From a virus, in the IMG/VR virus record IMGVR_UViG_3300006113_000004: a stretch of DNA of 39,929 bases; one strand, given 5' to 3'. The notes below the pieces were generated by a model. It saw nothing but the letters and a program-made list of their open reading frames with translations, did not search any database and was not told the origin of the DNA. Each line of letters begins with the position of its first letter. The first letter of the stretch is position 1. Made by a program: the position numbers and the translations under genes. Below are positions 33,755 through 39,929 of the stretch, one piece after another.

Positions 33755-34293
33755 GCCTTGGCCTTACGGACTGCCTCTGCCACGGCTTCATGGTGCAAAC
33801 AAACAAGGTCGGCGTTGCACGCAAAGTTTTCTAGAGCATGGGTGAATTCCGCCTCAGGTTCGTAGTAATCCAAACCGGCTTCCCAAACAATCGCGTATTG
33901 CCCGTTGTCCTTTTGTACATAGGCAGAAAGGTTCGGGCCTCCGGCTTCATCGGAAACCGTCCCCACCCATCCGTTTGCGTGCTTTACACGGTCGCCTTTC
34001 TTGAACTTAGGTTCCCACGCCGCCGAATCCAACAAATCTTCTTTGTCATAAGCGTCTGTGCGTGGCACTCGGACGTACGGCTCAAACGGCGGTTGCTCCA
34101 AGCCCTTGACACGCTTGTTCAGATCGTCCACGCACTTCTGTAAAGTTTCCGCGTATTGGAAATACGCAGTCGCCGTGCCATGCGCGTTAGAAATAAGCCC
34201 GTACAAGTCCCGGACATTGGATACCAACGCCTTCACTTGCTCAGCCAACAAACGCATCTCGTTACGTAATTCTTCAACGGTGGCTTTCTTCAT
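33751..34293 (-). CDS. Hypothetical protein with an N-terminal coiled coil
   Basis: 180-aa ORF. It shares one base with the HNH stop. Confidence 0.7.
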   Translation of the reverse strand: MKKATVEELRNEMRLLAEQVKALVSNVRDLYGLISNAHGTATAYFQYAETLQKCVDDLNKRVKGLEQPPFEPYVRVPRTDAYDKEDLLDSAAWEPKFKKGDRVKHANGWVGTVSDEAGGPNLSAYVQKDNGQYAIVWEAGLDYYEPEAEFTHALENFACNADLVCLHHEAVAEAVRKAKA

Positions 34294-34661
34294 TAGTTCT
34301 CACTTTCGTCTTGGTAGCTCCGCAGCGACAGGAATAGCGCGTTGGAAAATGCTTCATTGTGGTGAATCCACCCGTGGCAACCTAGGCATACGTCGAGAAG
34401 ATTGTCAAGGGAATTTGTGCCACCACGGGAACGGTATTTCCGGTGATGGACGTGAACGGCCCTGCCTTGGCACGGACGGTCAATGATGTACTGAGCGAGG
34501 GCGGCGGACATTTCAGGGTGCTGGTGGGCCATTTGAGGGGCTTCACAACGCCCCTGACTCCGTTTTCTCACCATTGGGCGCATCTTGTCAAACTCTTTGT
34601 CAAACAAGTTCTTGGTGCGCTTTGAGTGAATCGGTTTCCTTTTCAGGTGTGTCCGTTTCAT
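34293..34661 (-). CDS. HNH endonuclease
   Basis: 122 aa. The N-terminal 'KRTHLKRKPIHSKR' is typical of phage HNH proteins. 'CE...HVHHRKYRSRGGTNSLDNLLDVCLGCHGWIHHN' carries the H-N-H and CxxC elements. Confidence 0.85.
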   Translation of the reverse strand: MKRTHLKRKPIHSKRTKNLFDKEFDKMRPMVRKRSQGRCEAPQMAHQHPEMSAALAQYIIDRPCQGRAVHVHHRKYRSRGGTNSLDNLLDVCLGCHGWIHHNEAFSNALFLSLRSYQDESEN

Positions 34662-34794
34662 GTTCGTGCCTCCATTCGTGGTTGATGCGTACTACGGCAG
34701 TACGACAGACGTTGCAGAATCCTCCGTCTGCGTCAATGGTGTGGTCCACGGGTTCTCCAATGTGTAGCTCTGCTAGTCCAAGGGGGTAGATCAT
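34600..34794 (-). CDS. Possible small protein (64 aa)
   Basis: Its ATG shares one base with the upstream TAA. However, its last 62 nt overlap the well-supported HNH start, so the coding status or the true end is uncertain. Confidence 0.4.
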   Translation of the reverse strand: MIYPLGLAELHIGEPVDHTIDADGGFCNVCRTAVVRINHEWRHEHETDTPEKETDSLKAHQELV

Positions 34795-35054
34795 TAGTAA
34801 CAGAACACACCGAAATCCGGTGGCTCCTGATAGTGGTTGTTGTCAAATTGCTGAATACATGAGGGCAGTTGGCTTCCCGTTTTCCCCGTGTTCACACCCT
34901 GACCCTTGGACCAGACCATGAACCAACTCCCCAGCAACAACGTGACGATCAGCACCAGAATCGCGCCGATGGGCTTTGTCGTTTCGGGGGTTTCCCAATA
35001 CCCTGATTCGTCTTGGGTCCATGTTCCGTTAGGTAAGTTCCAAGTTTGGGTCAT
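34794..35054 (-). CDS. Small membrane protein (1 TM)
   Basis: 86 aa. The TM segment is 'PIGAILVLIVTLLLGSWFMVW'. Confidence 0.65.
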   Translation of the reverse strand: MTQTWNLPNGTWTQDESGYWETPETTKPIGAILVLIVTLLLGSWFMVWSKGQGVNTGKTGSQLPSCIQQFDNNHYQEPPDFGVFCY

Positions 35055-35461
35055 TTCCCTTCCCCTAGAGCAGCTACCAGATTGAACAAATCTTCTAGGT
35101 CGCTCAAAGACACGCCGTAAGTAACGGAATCGCTGGATGCGGACCGCGCCAAGTCTCTAAGGTCAGAAACCTCCGCTTGCACCCGTTCCACCGTTTCCCG
35201 CAGTTCTCTGGCCTCGTCGTTCAGGGTTCTCACTTGGTCGGCCCATTCCGCAGGGGTCTTGCCGTGCTGGGGACACATTTCGTCTTGGTAATCGAATCCA
35301 CACAAACACTTGCCCTGCTTCCGTAGTCGTGCGTTCTCGGCGCGGAGTTCAATTACCGACTTATGGAGAGCGTCCGCGAACTCTTGCAAACCCCAATAAC
35401 CATCGGGAAGCCGAGGGTACAGTTCCAAAACCTCGTCAAGCGTCATTCCAAGCGTGTTCAT
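35051..35461 (-). CDS. Hypothetical coiled-coil protein
   Basis: 136-aa ORF coupled on both sides. Confidence 0.7.
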   Translation of the reverse strand: MNTLGMTLDEVLELYPRLPDGYWGLQEFADALHKSVIELRAENARLRKQGKCLCGFDYQDEMCPQHGKTPAEWADQVRTLNDEARELRETVERVQAEVSDLRDLARSASSDSVTYGVSLSDLEDLFNLVAALGEGK

Positions 35462-35820
35462 TCGTCCCTACCTCTCAAAATTTCAATGGCCCTAGAAACG
35501 CCGCTGCACTTGCACCCGTGGGCAACGTATTTCAACACTTCGCCCAGTCGTGCGTTCTCAGCCAGTAGGTAGCGGAGGTCGTCGGGGGCGTTGGCGATGA
35601 GGGCAGCGTCCTCAAACGAATACCCCGCAACGCTGCAATCAGGTCTTCCATTGGGGTTTTCATCACAAAAAACCTTGTTCCAAGTCAACCATGCTGTTGT
35701 TGGGTCCCAGCACGACATACAACGACAACCCTCTTGACCGTGAGCATGTCCGTCGTCCAATCTCCACGGCCCCGGTGTCGCCAAATCCAGTCGAGCCTGT
35801 ATCTCTTGTTCGCGTGTCAC
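35458..35820 (-). CDS. Conserved phage protein of the 'ATPGPW ... ANAPDDL..LL' type (Ead/Ea22-like pattern), start refined to GTG
   Basis: The GTG at 35818-35820 is preceded by GGGAGGA and overlaps the upstream TGA. The motifs are 'RLDLATPGPWRLDD' and 'AALIANAPDDLRYLLAEN'. The upstream part of track ORF 35458-36042 is out-of-frame overlap with another gene. Confidence 0.65.
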   Translation of the reverse strand: MTREQEIQARLDLATPGPWRLDDGHAHGQEGCRCMSCWDPTTAWLTWNKVFCDENPNGRPDCSVAGYSFEDAALIANAPDDLRYLLAENARLGEVLKYVAHGCKCSGVSRAIEILRGRDE

Positions 35821-36002
35821 TGGTCCTCCCCCTCTCTGGCAAGCAGGCGGTTTAGCGCGGTTTCGATGCGTTCCAATCTTTGCTCCAATGCTGATGCGGA
35901 AACTTCCGGTTCGCGGTGTTGCGCGGTTTGTGGAGCGCACATAGGGCACGGGTATGCAATGCAGCCGTGCGCGACTCCGTAGTTTGCTGATGCCGTGTTC
36001 AT
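35817..36002 (-). CDS. Small protein (61 aa) with a Cys cluster and a C-terminal helix
   Basis: The start MNTASANY at 36002 shares one base with the upstream TAA. It carries 'GCIAYPCPMC'. Confidence 0.55.
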   Translation of the reverse strand: MNTASANYGVAHGCIAYPCPMCAPQTAQHREPEVSASALEQRLERIETALNRLLAREGEDQ

Positions 36003-36415
36003 TACTTTTCCTCTCTGGCAAGCAGGGCGGTGCAAAGGTCAAACGCCTTCTTGGGAAAAACCAGTGACGGGGTTCTCCAACTGGTTGCTCCTTCCAAGGC
36101 TTCGCGACTCACTTCCACGCTCTCGCTGTCTCCCGTAGGCCCGGTGAGGGTCAGGGTGTAGGTGGTGGGGATGAGCTCCCAGACGTTTTTGCCATAGGCG
36201 TAAACACCGCCCGAATCAAGTTCGACAACGGGCTCGCCTTTACTGGTCGCCCCGATGAATACCCCTCTCTGTGGACTATGCACGGAGGTGTCTTGATACT
36301 TGCGCATACGCACCTGCGTCCCCAACTTTACTTGTGTCCCCGGTTTTACTTGCGTCCAGTCAGTCGCCTTCACGGGCGGTCCTCCTGGCTCTCCTGTGGT
36401 TGGGGCTTGGCTCAC
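36002..36415 (-). CDS. Hypothetical protein
   Basis: 137 aa. The GTG start overlaps the upstream TGA (GTGA). Confidence 0.65.
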   Translation of the reverse strand: MSQAPTTGEPGGPPVKATDWTQVKPGTQVKLGTQVRMRKYQDTSVHSPQRGVFIGATSKGEPVVELDSGGVYAYGKNVWELIPTTYTLTLTGPTGDSESVEVSREALEGATSWRTPSLVFPKKAFDLCTALLAREEK

Positions 36416-37188
36416 TTCGTCACCTCGCGCAGTTCATATTGCTTGCCGTTGATTTCCACTATCGTTCCGGCGCACGTCGGTTCTTCCTTGACCGGCTCGA
36501 ACACTCCGTCTTTGACCAGTGTGATGTAATCGCCCACTTGAATTTCCGTGATGTTCCAATCGGGGCTCTTGGTAGCAAACGCCCAGCCCGAAACCATGCG
36601 GTGGTCGCCGGACACCCACGCATTGCCGGACACCCGCGCATCGCCGTGCACCCACGCATTGCCGGACACCTGCGCATTGCCGGACACCCGCGCATCGCCG
36701 TGCACCCACGCATTGCCGGACACCTGCGCATTGCCGGACACCCGAGCATCGCCGTGCACCCACGCATTGCCGGACACCTGCGCATTGCCGGACACCCGAG
36801 CATCGCCGTGCACCCACGCATTGCCGGACACCTGCGCATTGCCGGACACCCGAGCGTTGCCGGACACCCGAGCGTTGCCGAAAACCCACGCAGAGTCTTG
36901 GTCGCTCAGGTTCTTCTCTGACTCGACCAATCCTCCCTCGTCTCCCTTCTTGACCCCAAATCGCACGTCACGTTCAGCAACGATGCGGAACAGTGGCTTC
37001 CCGTTTGGGGTGACCAGATCGGTTTCGCGTAGTGAATACTTACTGTTCTTCATTTCTTTTTCCTTTGTCATTTCATTCTCCTTTGGTAGTGGTTTCCAGT
37101 TGATGCAAATTCCTTTAATGGTTGCGCTTTGTCGTTGGTGGGGGAGCAGGTGCATGGAAAACGGGTTGTCGCAGGTTCCAAGTGTCAT
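36412..37188 (-). CDS. Hexapeptide-repeat (beta-helix-like) protein
   Basis: 258 aa. It contains 16 consecutive hexads of the A-x-V-[SHF]-G-[ND] type (AWVFGN ARVSGN ... AWVSGD). The ATG at 37188 is coupled by ATGA. An alternative start at 37071 has a strong AAGGAGA SD. Confidence 0.8.
   Translation of the reverse strand: MTLGTCDNPFSMHLLPHQRQSATIKGICINWKPLPKENEMTKEKEMKNSKYSLRETDLVTPNGKPLFRIVAERDVRFGVKKGDEGGLVESEKNLSDQDSAWVFGNARVSGNARVSGNAQVSGNAWVHGDARVSGNAQVSGNAWVHGDARVSGNAQVSGNAWVHGDARVSGNAQVSGNAWVHGDARVSGNAWVSGDHRMVSGWAFATKSPDWNITEIQVGDYITLVKDGVFEPVKEEPTCAGTIVEINGKQYELREVTK
36604..36891. repeat. 18-bp tandem repeat x16, with a 54-bp higher-order unit x4
   Basis: Units such as attgccggacacctgcgc / attgccggacacccgcgc / atcgccgtgcacccacgc are read directly from the sequence. 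They are in frame with the CDS. Confidence 0.95.
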
Positions 37189-37529
37189 CGTGTCTCCCTA
37201 AGTAGGTCCAGAGCGCGACGTAGGGCCGCGAGTTCACCCAAACGTGCCAGTTCCTCGTCGTCGTCGGCAATTTCGGCTTCGACGCTTTGGCGGTACGTTT
37301 CGATCTTGGCGATTGCTTCCTCTAGTCGGTCATAGCCGTCAATAGCGTCTTGGATGCGTTGGGCGCAGGCTTTGGCTTCGTCAAGGGTGGGGGTGTTTGG
37401 GTGTCCGATGTAGACGTTCCACCCTCCACGGTTGTCGTCGGGGGAAATCACGAACTGACCGGCGACGTGATCGCTTCCACCGCCCTTCGCCTTTTCCTCG
37501 GTCCACTTCAATACTGTGCGCTCAGTCAT
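37185..37529 (-). CDS. Hypothetical protein
   Basis: 114-aa ORF coupled on both sides. Confidence 0.7.
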   Translation of the reverse strand: MTERTVLKWTEEKAKGGGSDHVAGQFVISPDDNRGGWNVYIGHPNTPTLDEAKACAQRIQDAIDGYDRLEEAIAKIETYRQSVEAEIADDDEELARLGELAALRRALDLLRETR

Positions 37530-37891
37530 GCGAACCTCAATCCTGCTGCCTCGTCATCATCCCTGTTGGCTAGCTCTACCTCTGTCTCGTGACAGTCTGA
37601 GCAGGGAATGGAGGACTGGTTGAACAGGTAGAGAACGTCGGAGAGATGTTGGGCGAGGGCTTTGAGGTCGTCCACGGTTGGCCCTGTTGAAACCCTTTCG
37701 TCTCCCATGTAAAGGTAGATGCACGAATCGGCGACAAATGCATCCGTGACCGTCCAATTACCAAGCCTGTCGTACCAAGACTTCCCGTTGGTTCCAAGCG
37801 TCCACTCCAAGTCCGGTGGTTCAATCTCTTGCTCATACCCACATACGGGGCAGGGGAGAATGTGGCCGGTGGGTTCGTAGGTGTAAGTCAT
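37526..37891 (-). CDS. Hypothetical protein with a split CxxC...CxxC
   Basis: 121 aa. It carries 'CPVCGY' near the N-terminus and 'CSDCHE' near the C-terminus. Confidence 0.7.
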   Translation of the reverse strand: MTYTYEPTGHILPCPVCGYEQEIEPPDLEWTLGTNGKSWYDRLGNWTVTDAFVADSCIYLYMGDERVSTGPTVDDLKALAQHLSDVLYLFNQSSIPCSDCHETEVELANRDDDEAAGLRFA

Positions 37892-38166
37892 GCCACTACC
37901 TCGAATCCTGCCTTGTGGAATCCGTCAAGGATGGTGTTGGCTGATTCCACAACTGAGTCAAGAGATGTGGAACGCTTGATGACGCGGTTAAAGAAGTCCA
38001 AGCGGTAGATGTGACGAGTGCCCGCGCCGTAGTCGGTGATGGAGACGGACCCGCACCACTCGCCGCCGCCCAGAATGTCAAACTCCACGCACTCGGCAAA
38101 TCCTTCGGTGGTGAAACGTGGTGAGGCTTTTTCTTCCAGTCGCTTACGAGTTTCTGAATTGTTCAC
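37888..38166 (-). CDS. Hypothetical protein
   Basis: 92-aa ORF coupled on both sides. Confidence 0.7.
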   Translation of the reverse strand: MNNSETRKRLEEKASPRFTTEGFAECVEFDILGGGEWCGSVSITDYGAGTRHIYRLDFFNRVIKRSTSLDSVVESANTILDGFHKAGFEVVA

Positions 38167-39008
38167 TTTGCCTTCCCCTCAATGTCCACTTCCACGCACT
38201 TGAGAATCTTGGCAACCTTGCACTTGTCTGAACTTCCGTCATATTCGGTGATTGTCACAATGTCGGCCACCGCAACCGTGCAAGCCACAAAACGGGTTGC
38301 CTCATTCATGCAGCGCAGAGCGTGAAAAGGGGTGGGGCATAGGTGGAGTCCGTCACCGCAGGAGTTTTCGGGGATCCACTTTTCGGGAACGGGCTTCGAG
38401 CCAGGGGAGTAATCCCATCCGTAGCCTGACTTAAAATTGTCGTCCACGGCCTTGAATAGAACCACCTTGCCTGACTTGGTAATCGGGATGCCGTGGTACT
38501 CCAACCAGCCTTGTGTGTCTCGCAGGTCAGGGCGTTCGATAATGACTCCACCCGTGATTTTTGCGGCCTTGCTCAATTTGTGTACGGCGACTCGATCACC
38601 AGCCGTGACCGTGGCGGAGTCGTAGGCCGTGACCGTGGCGGAGCCGTAGGCCGTGACCGTGGCGGAGCCGGTGGCCGTGACCGTGGCGGAGCCGTAGGCC
38701 GTGACCGTGGCGGAGCCGGTGGCCGTGACCGTGGCGGAGCCGGTGGCCGTGACCGTGGCGGAGTCGTAGGCCCTGACCGTGGCGGAGTCGTAGGCCGTGA
38801 CCGTGGCGGAGCCGGTGGCCGTGACCGTGGCGGAGTCGTAGGCCCTGACCGTGGCGGAGTCGTAGGCCCTGACCGTGGCGGAGTCGTAGGCCCTGACCGT
38901 GGCGGAGTCGGTCACTTCCCAATAGCCCTCACGGACTACGGGAATGTCACCGTCCTTGATGGCTTTGTCAAATTCCTTTTGAGTTTTGCACTCAACGTAC
39001 TTGTTCAT
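38163..39008 (-). CDS. Octapeptide-repeat protein with a conserved Cys-containing C-terminal domain
   Basis: 281 aa. It contains 13 tandem copies of [DG]SATV[RT]A[YT]. The C-terminal domain follows: 'VVLFKAVDDNFKSGYGWDYSPG...CGDGLHLCPTPFHAL'. Confidence 0.8.
   Translation of the reverse strand: MNKYVECKTQKEFDKAIKDGDIPVVREGYWEVTDSATVRAYDSATVRAYDSATVRAYDSATVTATGSATVTAYDSATVRAYDSATVTATGSATVTATGSATVTAYGSATVTATGSATVTAYGSATVTAYDSATVTAGDRVAVHKLSKAAKITGGVIIERPDLRDTQGWLEYHGIPITKSGKVVLFKAVDDNFKSGYGWDYSPGSKPVPEKWIPENSCGDGLHLCPTPFHALRCMNEATRFVACTVAVADIVTITEYDGSSDKCKVAKILKCVEVDIEGKAK
38601..38912. repeat. 24-bp tandem repeat, about 13 copies
   Basis: The unit is gaccgtggcggag[tc]cg[tg][at]ggcc[gc]t, read directly from the sequence. 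Only 4 positions vary, and the array is in frame. Confidence 0.95.
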
Positions 39009-39020
39009 TCTCTGCTCCCT

Positions 39021-39407
39021 TTAGTACGCCCGACAGAATTTCTGATCGGGCCATCCGTAGCGATTGGCAAATTTCCACATCGCTCGTGCTTGTTGTTCTG
39101 GTGTTGCGTAAGCCATGTTGATTGGGTCAGACGAGGTTCTGAATTCCTGCCACGTCGCCACCAACCAGCCCAAACCCCCGTAGTATTTCCATCCCTTCTT
39201 TCCTAGCCCAACGTGCCAGTCGCCGCCTTCTTCGCAGAAGTTGACTCTACGCGTAGCCTTCATCACCCACGAAGGGACCCCCACGGTGCGAGGGGGAAGG
39301 GACCGCACCGTGGGGGTAGTTGCAATGGGGGCTGCAACGATATTCGTGCTGGGGGAATACGAACCCACGCACAGGACAATGAGGACGGCTGAGGCGAACT
39401 TTGCCAT
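39021..39407 (-). CDS. Secreted Rpf-like (resuscitation-promoting-factor type) transglycosylase-domain protein
   Basis: The N-terminal signal-like segment is 'MAKFASAVLIVLCVGS'. 'FCEEGGDWHV..G..YYGGLGW...TWQEF...ATPEQQARAM...YGWPDQKFC' parallels the Rpf domain (CES.G.W..NTGNG.YGGLQF...TW...A...EQI.VA......G..AWP.C). The start could instead be 39428. Confidence 0.8.
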   Translation of the reverse strand: MAKFASAVLIVLCVGSYSPSTNIVAAPIATTPTVRSLPPRTVGVPSWVMKATRRVNFCEEGGDWHVGLGKKGWKYYGGLGWLVATWQEFRTSSDPINMAYATPEQQARAMWKFANRYGWPDQKFCRAY

Positions 39408-39412
39408 GATGA

Positions 39413-39679
39413 CTACTTGATGCCCCACACCTGAGCGAGACGCCCTGATGAAGTCTTACGGGTGCCCTTGGACTCCACCAAACCCAGCGCGACAAGTTCG
39501 ACGCGACGAGGGCGGGCGGTGTTCGGGCTCATGCGAAGCTTCGTCGCAATCTGCTCGTCGGTCATTGGACGCTTGGCGATTGCTTTGAGGACGCGCTCTC
39601 GGTCCTTCGGCGCACGCTTCGTCATTGACTTTGCTGCGGACTTTGACGTTTCGCTCGTGGAGATAAACGGCAATTTCAT
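39413..39679 (-). CDS. Winged-helix DNA-binding protein
   Basis: 'RVLKAIAKRPMTDEQIATKLRMSPNTARPRRVELVALGLVESKG' is wHTH-like. The ATG at 39679 has a GGGAG SD. The longest ORF starts with GTG at 39715. Confidence 0.7.
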   Translation of the reverse strand: MKLPFISTSETSKSAAKSMTKRAPKDRERVLKAIAKRPMTDEQIATKLRMSPNTARPRRVELVALGLVESKGTRKTSSGRLAQVWGIK

Positions 39680-39715
39680 AGTGGCTCCCATCACTCGGTT
39701 GTAACAAGCATACAC

Positions 39716-39895
39716 CTAATTGGCGCGGTAGGTGTTTCTTTCTTGAAATTCTTTTGCGGCTTGGCGCAGAAGATTGTTGGTGTTCGTTCCTCGACGTTGG
39801 GCTTCTTGAACAAACCATTCCATATCTGCCGAATCGAGGTACAGAAGTTTCCCCTTGCGCTCCTGCATTGTCTTAGGACGGCCTACAGCTCTCAT
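39716..39895 (-). CDS. Ribbon-helix-helix (Arc/CopG-like) protein (59 aa), not in the ORF track: MRAVGRPKTMQERKGKLLYLDSADMEWFVQEAQRRGTNTNNLLRQAAKEFQERNTYRAN
   Basis: Hand translation. The 'GRPK...KL.YLD...W....A...G...N.L.RQA' layout fits a beta-strand followed by two helices. Its ATG overlaps the Rad52-like TGA (ATGA). Its first 86 nt are also present at window positions 1-86 because of the end overlap. Confidence 0.6.
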   Translation of the reverse strand: MRAVGRPKTMQERKGKLLYLDSADMEWFVQEAQRRGTNTNNLLRQAAKEFQERNTYRAN

Positions 39896-39929
39896 TCAAA
39901 CGGCCTTTCAGGGTCTTTCTCGTCGTTGC
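39810..39929. repeat. Terminal overlap, right copy, identical to 1-120
   Basis: Exact 120-nt match to the window start. Confidence 0.97.

Noticed and set aside
36271-37201. Several overlapping ORFs (plus and minus, 126-217 aa) across the 18-bp repeat array
   Set aside because: They are alternative frames kept open by the repeat periodicity (for example 'AGHPRIAGHPRIAVHPRI', 'CAGVRQCVGARR'). Only the hexapeptide frame connects to non-repetitive flanking domains and to translational coupling at both ends.
36604-38912. Could the two tandem arrays be CRISPR arrays?
   Set aside because: The units are directly contiguous with no unique spacers. They are 18 and 24 bp long and in frame within long ORFs. 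There are no cas genes or leader.
38493-39206. 237-aa plus-strand and 108-aa minus-strand ORFs across the 24-bp repeat array
   Set aside because: They are repeat-generated open frames ('GRDRGGAVGRDRGGAGG', 'RLRHGHGHRLRHG'). The SATV frame is the one continuous with the conserved N- and C-terminal domains.

Overview
The window is a complete, circularly assembled genome of a tailed dsDNA phage. Bases 1-120 are identical to 39810-39929, so the unit length is 39,809 bp. The host is probably an actinobacterium: the phage carries a WhiB-like regulator and an Rpf-type transglycosylase, is GC-rich, uses many GTG starts, and has terminator hairpins without U-tracts.

About 60 tightly packed genes lie on the minus strand, many translationally coupled through ATGA, GTGA or TAATG overlaps. 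Read from 27469 downward, the order is:
- 2-TM membrane protein, HTH-fused large terminase, portal, a 2010-aa virion protein, scaffold and major capsid.
- Tail and receptor-binding genes with no tape-measure gene, which suggests a podovirus-like tail.
- GH25 endolysin plus a holin-like protein.
- Cas4-like exonuclease and Rad52-like annealase.
- Across the circular junction: RHH and winged-helix regulators, a secreted Rpf-like protein, two tandem-repeat proteins, HNH endonuclease, Hjc-like resolvase, SSB, WhiB-like protein, metallophosphoesterase and an HslV/proteasome-like Ntn hydrolase.

I recognised no DNA polymerase, primase, helicase, initiator or integrase.

Two regions break the one-direction pattern and are the most interesting:
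- A ~1.9-kb gene-poor control region (27470-29372). It holds tRNA-Met, an anticodon-less tRNA-like element, three head-to-tail DnaA boxes at exact 11-bp spacing, iteron/operator-like repeats, an AT-rich block, and a hairpin-rich untranslated stretch downstream of a rightward promoter.
- A plus-strand, three-gene, translationally coupled cassette (29373-30084) with its own promoter and a convergent terminator hairpin.

Functional calls rest on motifs read by eye. No database search was run.
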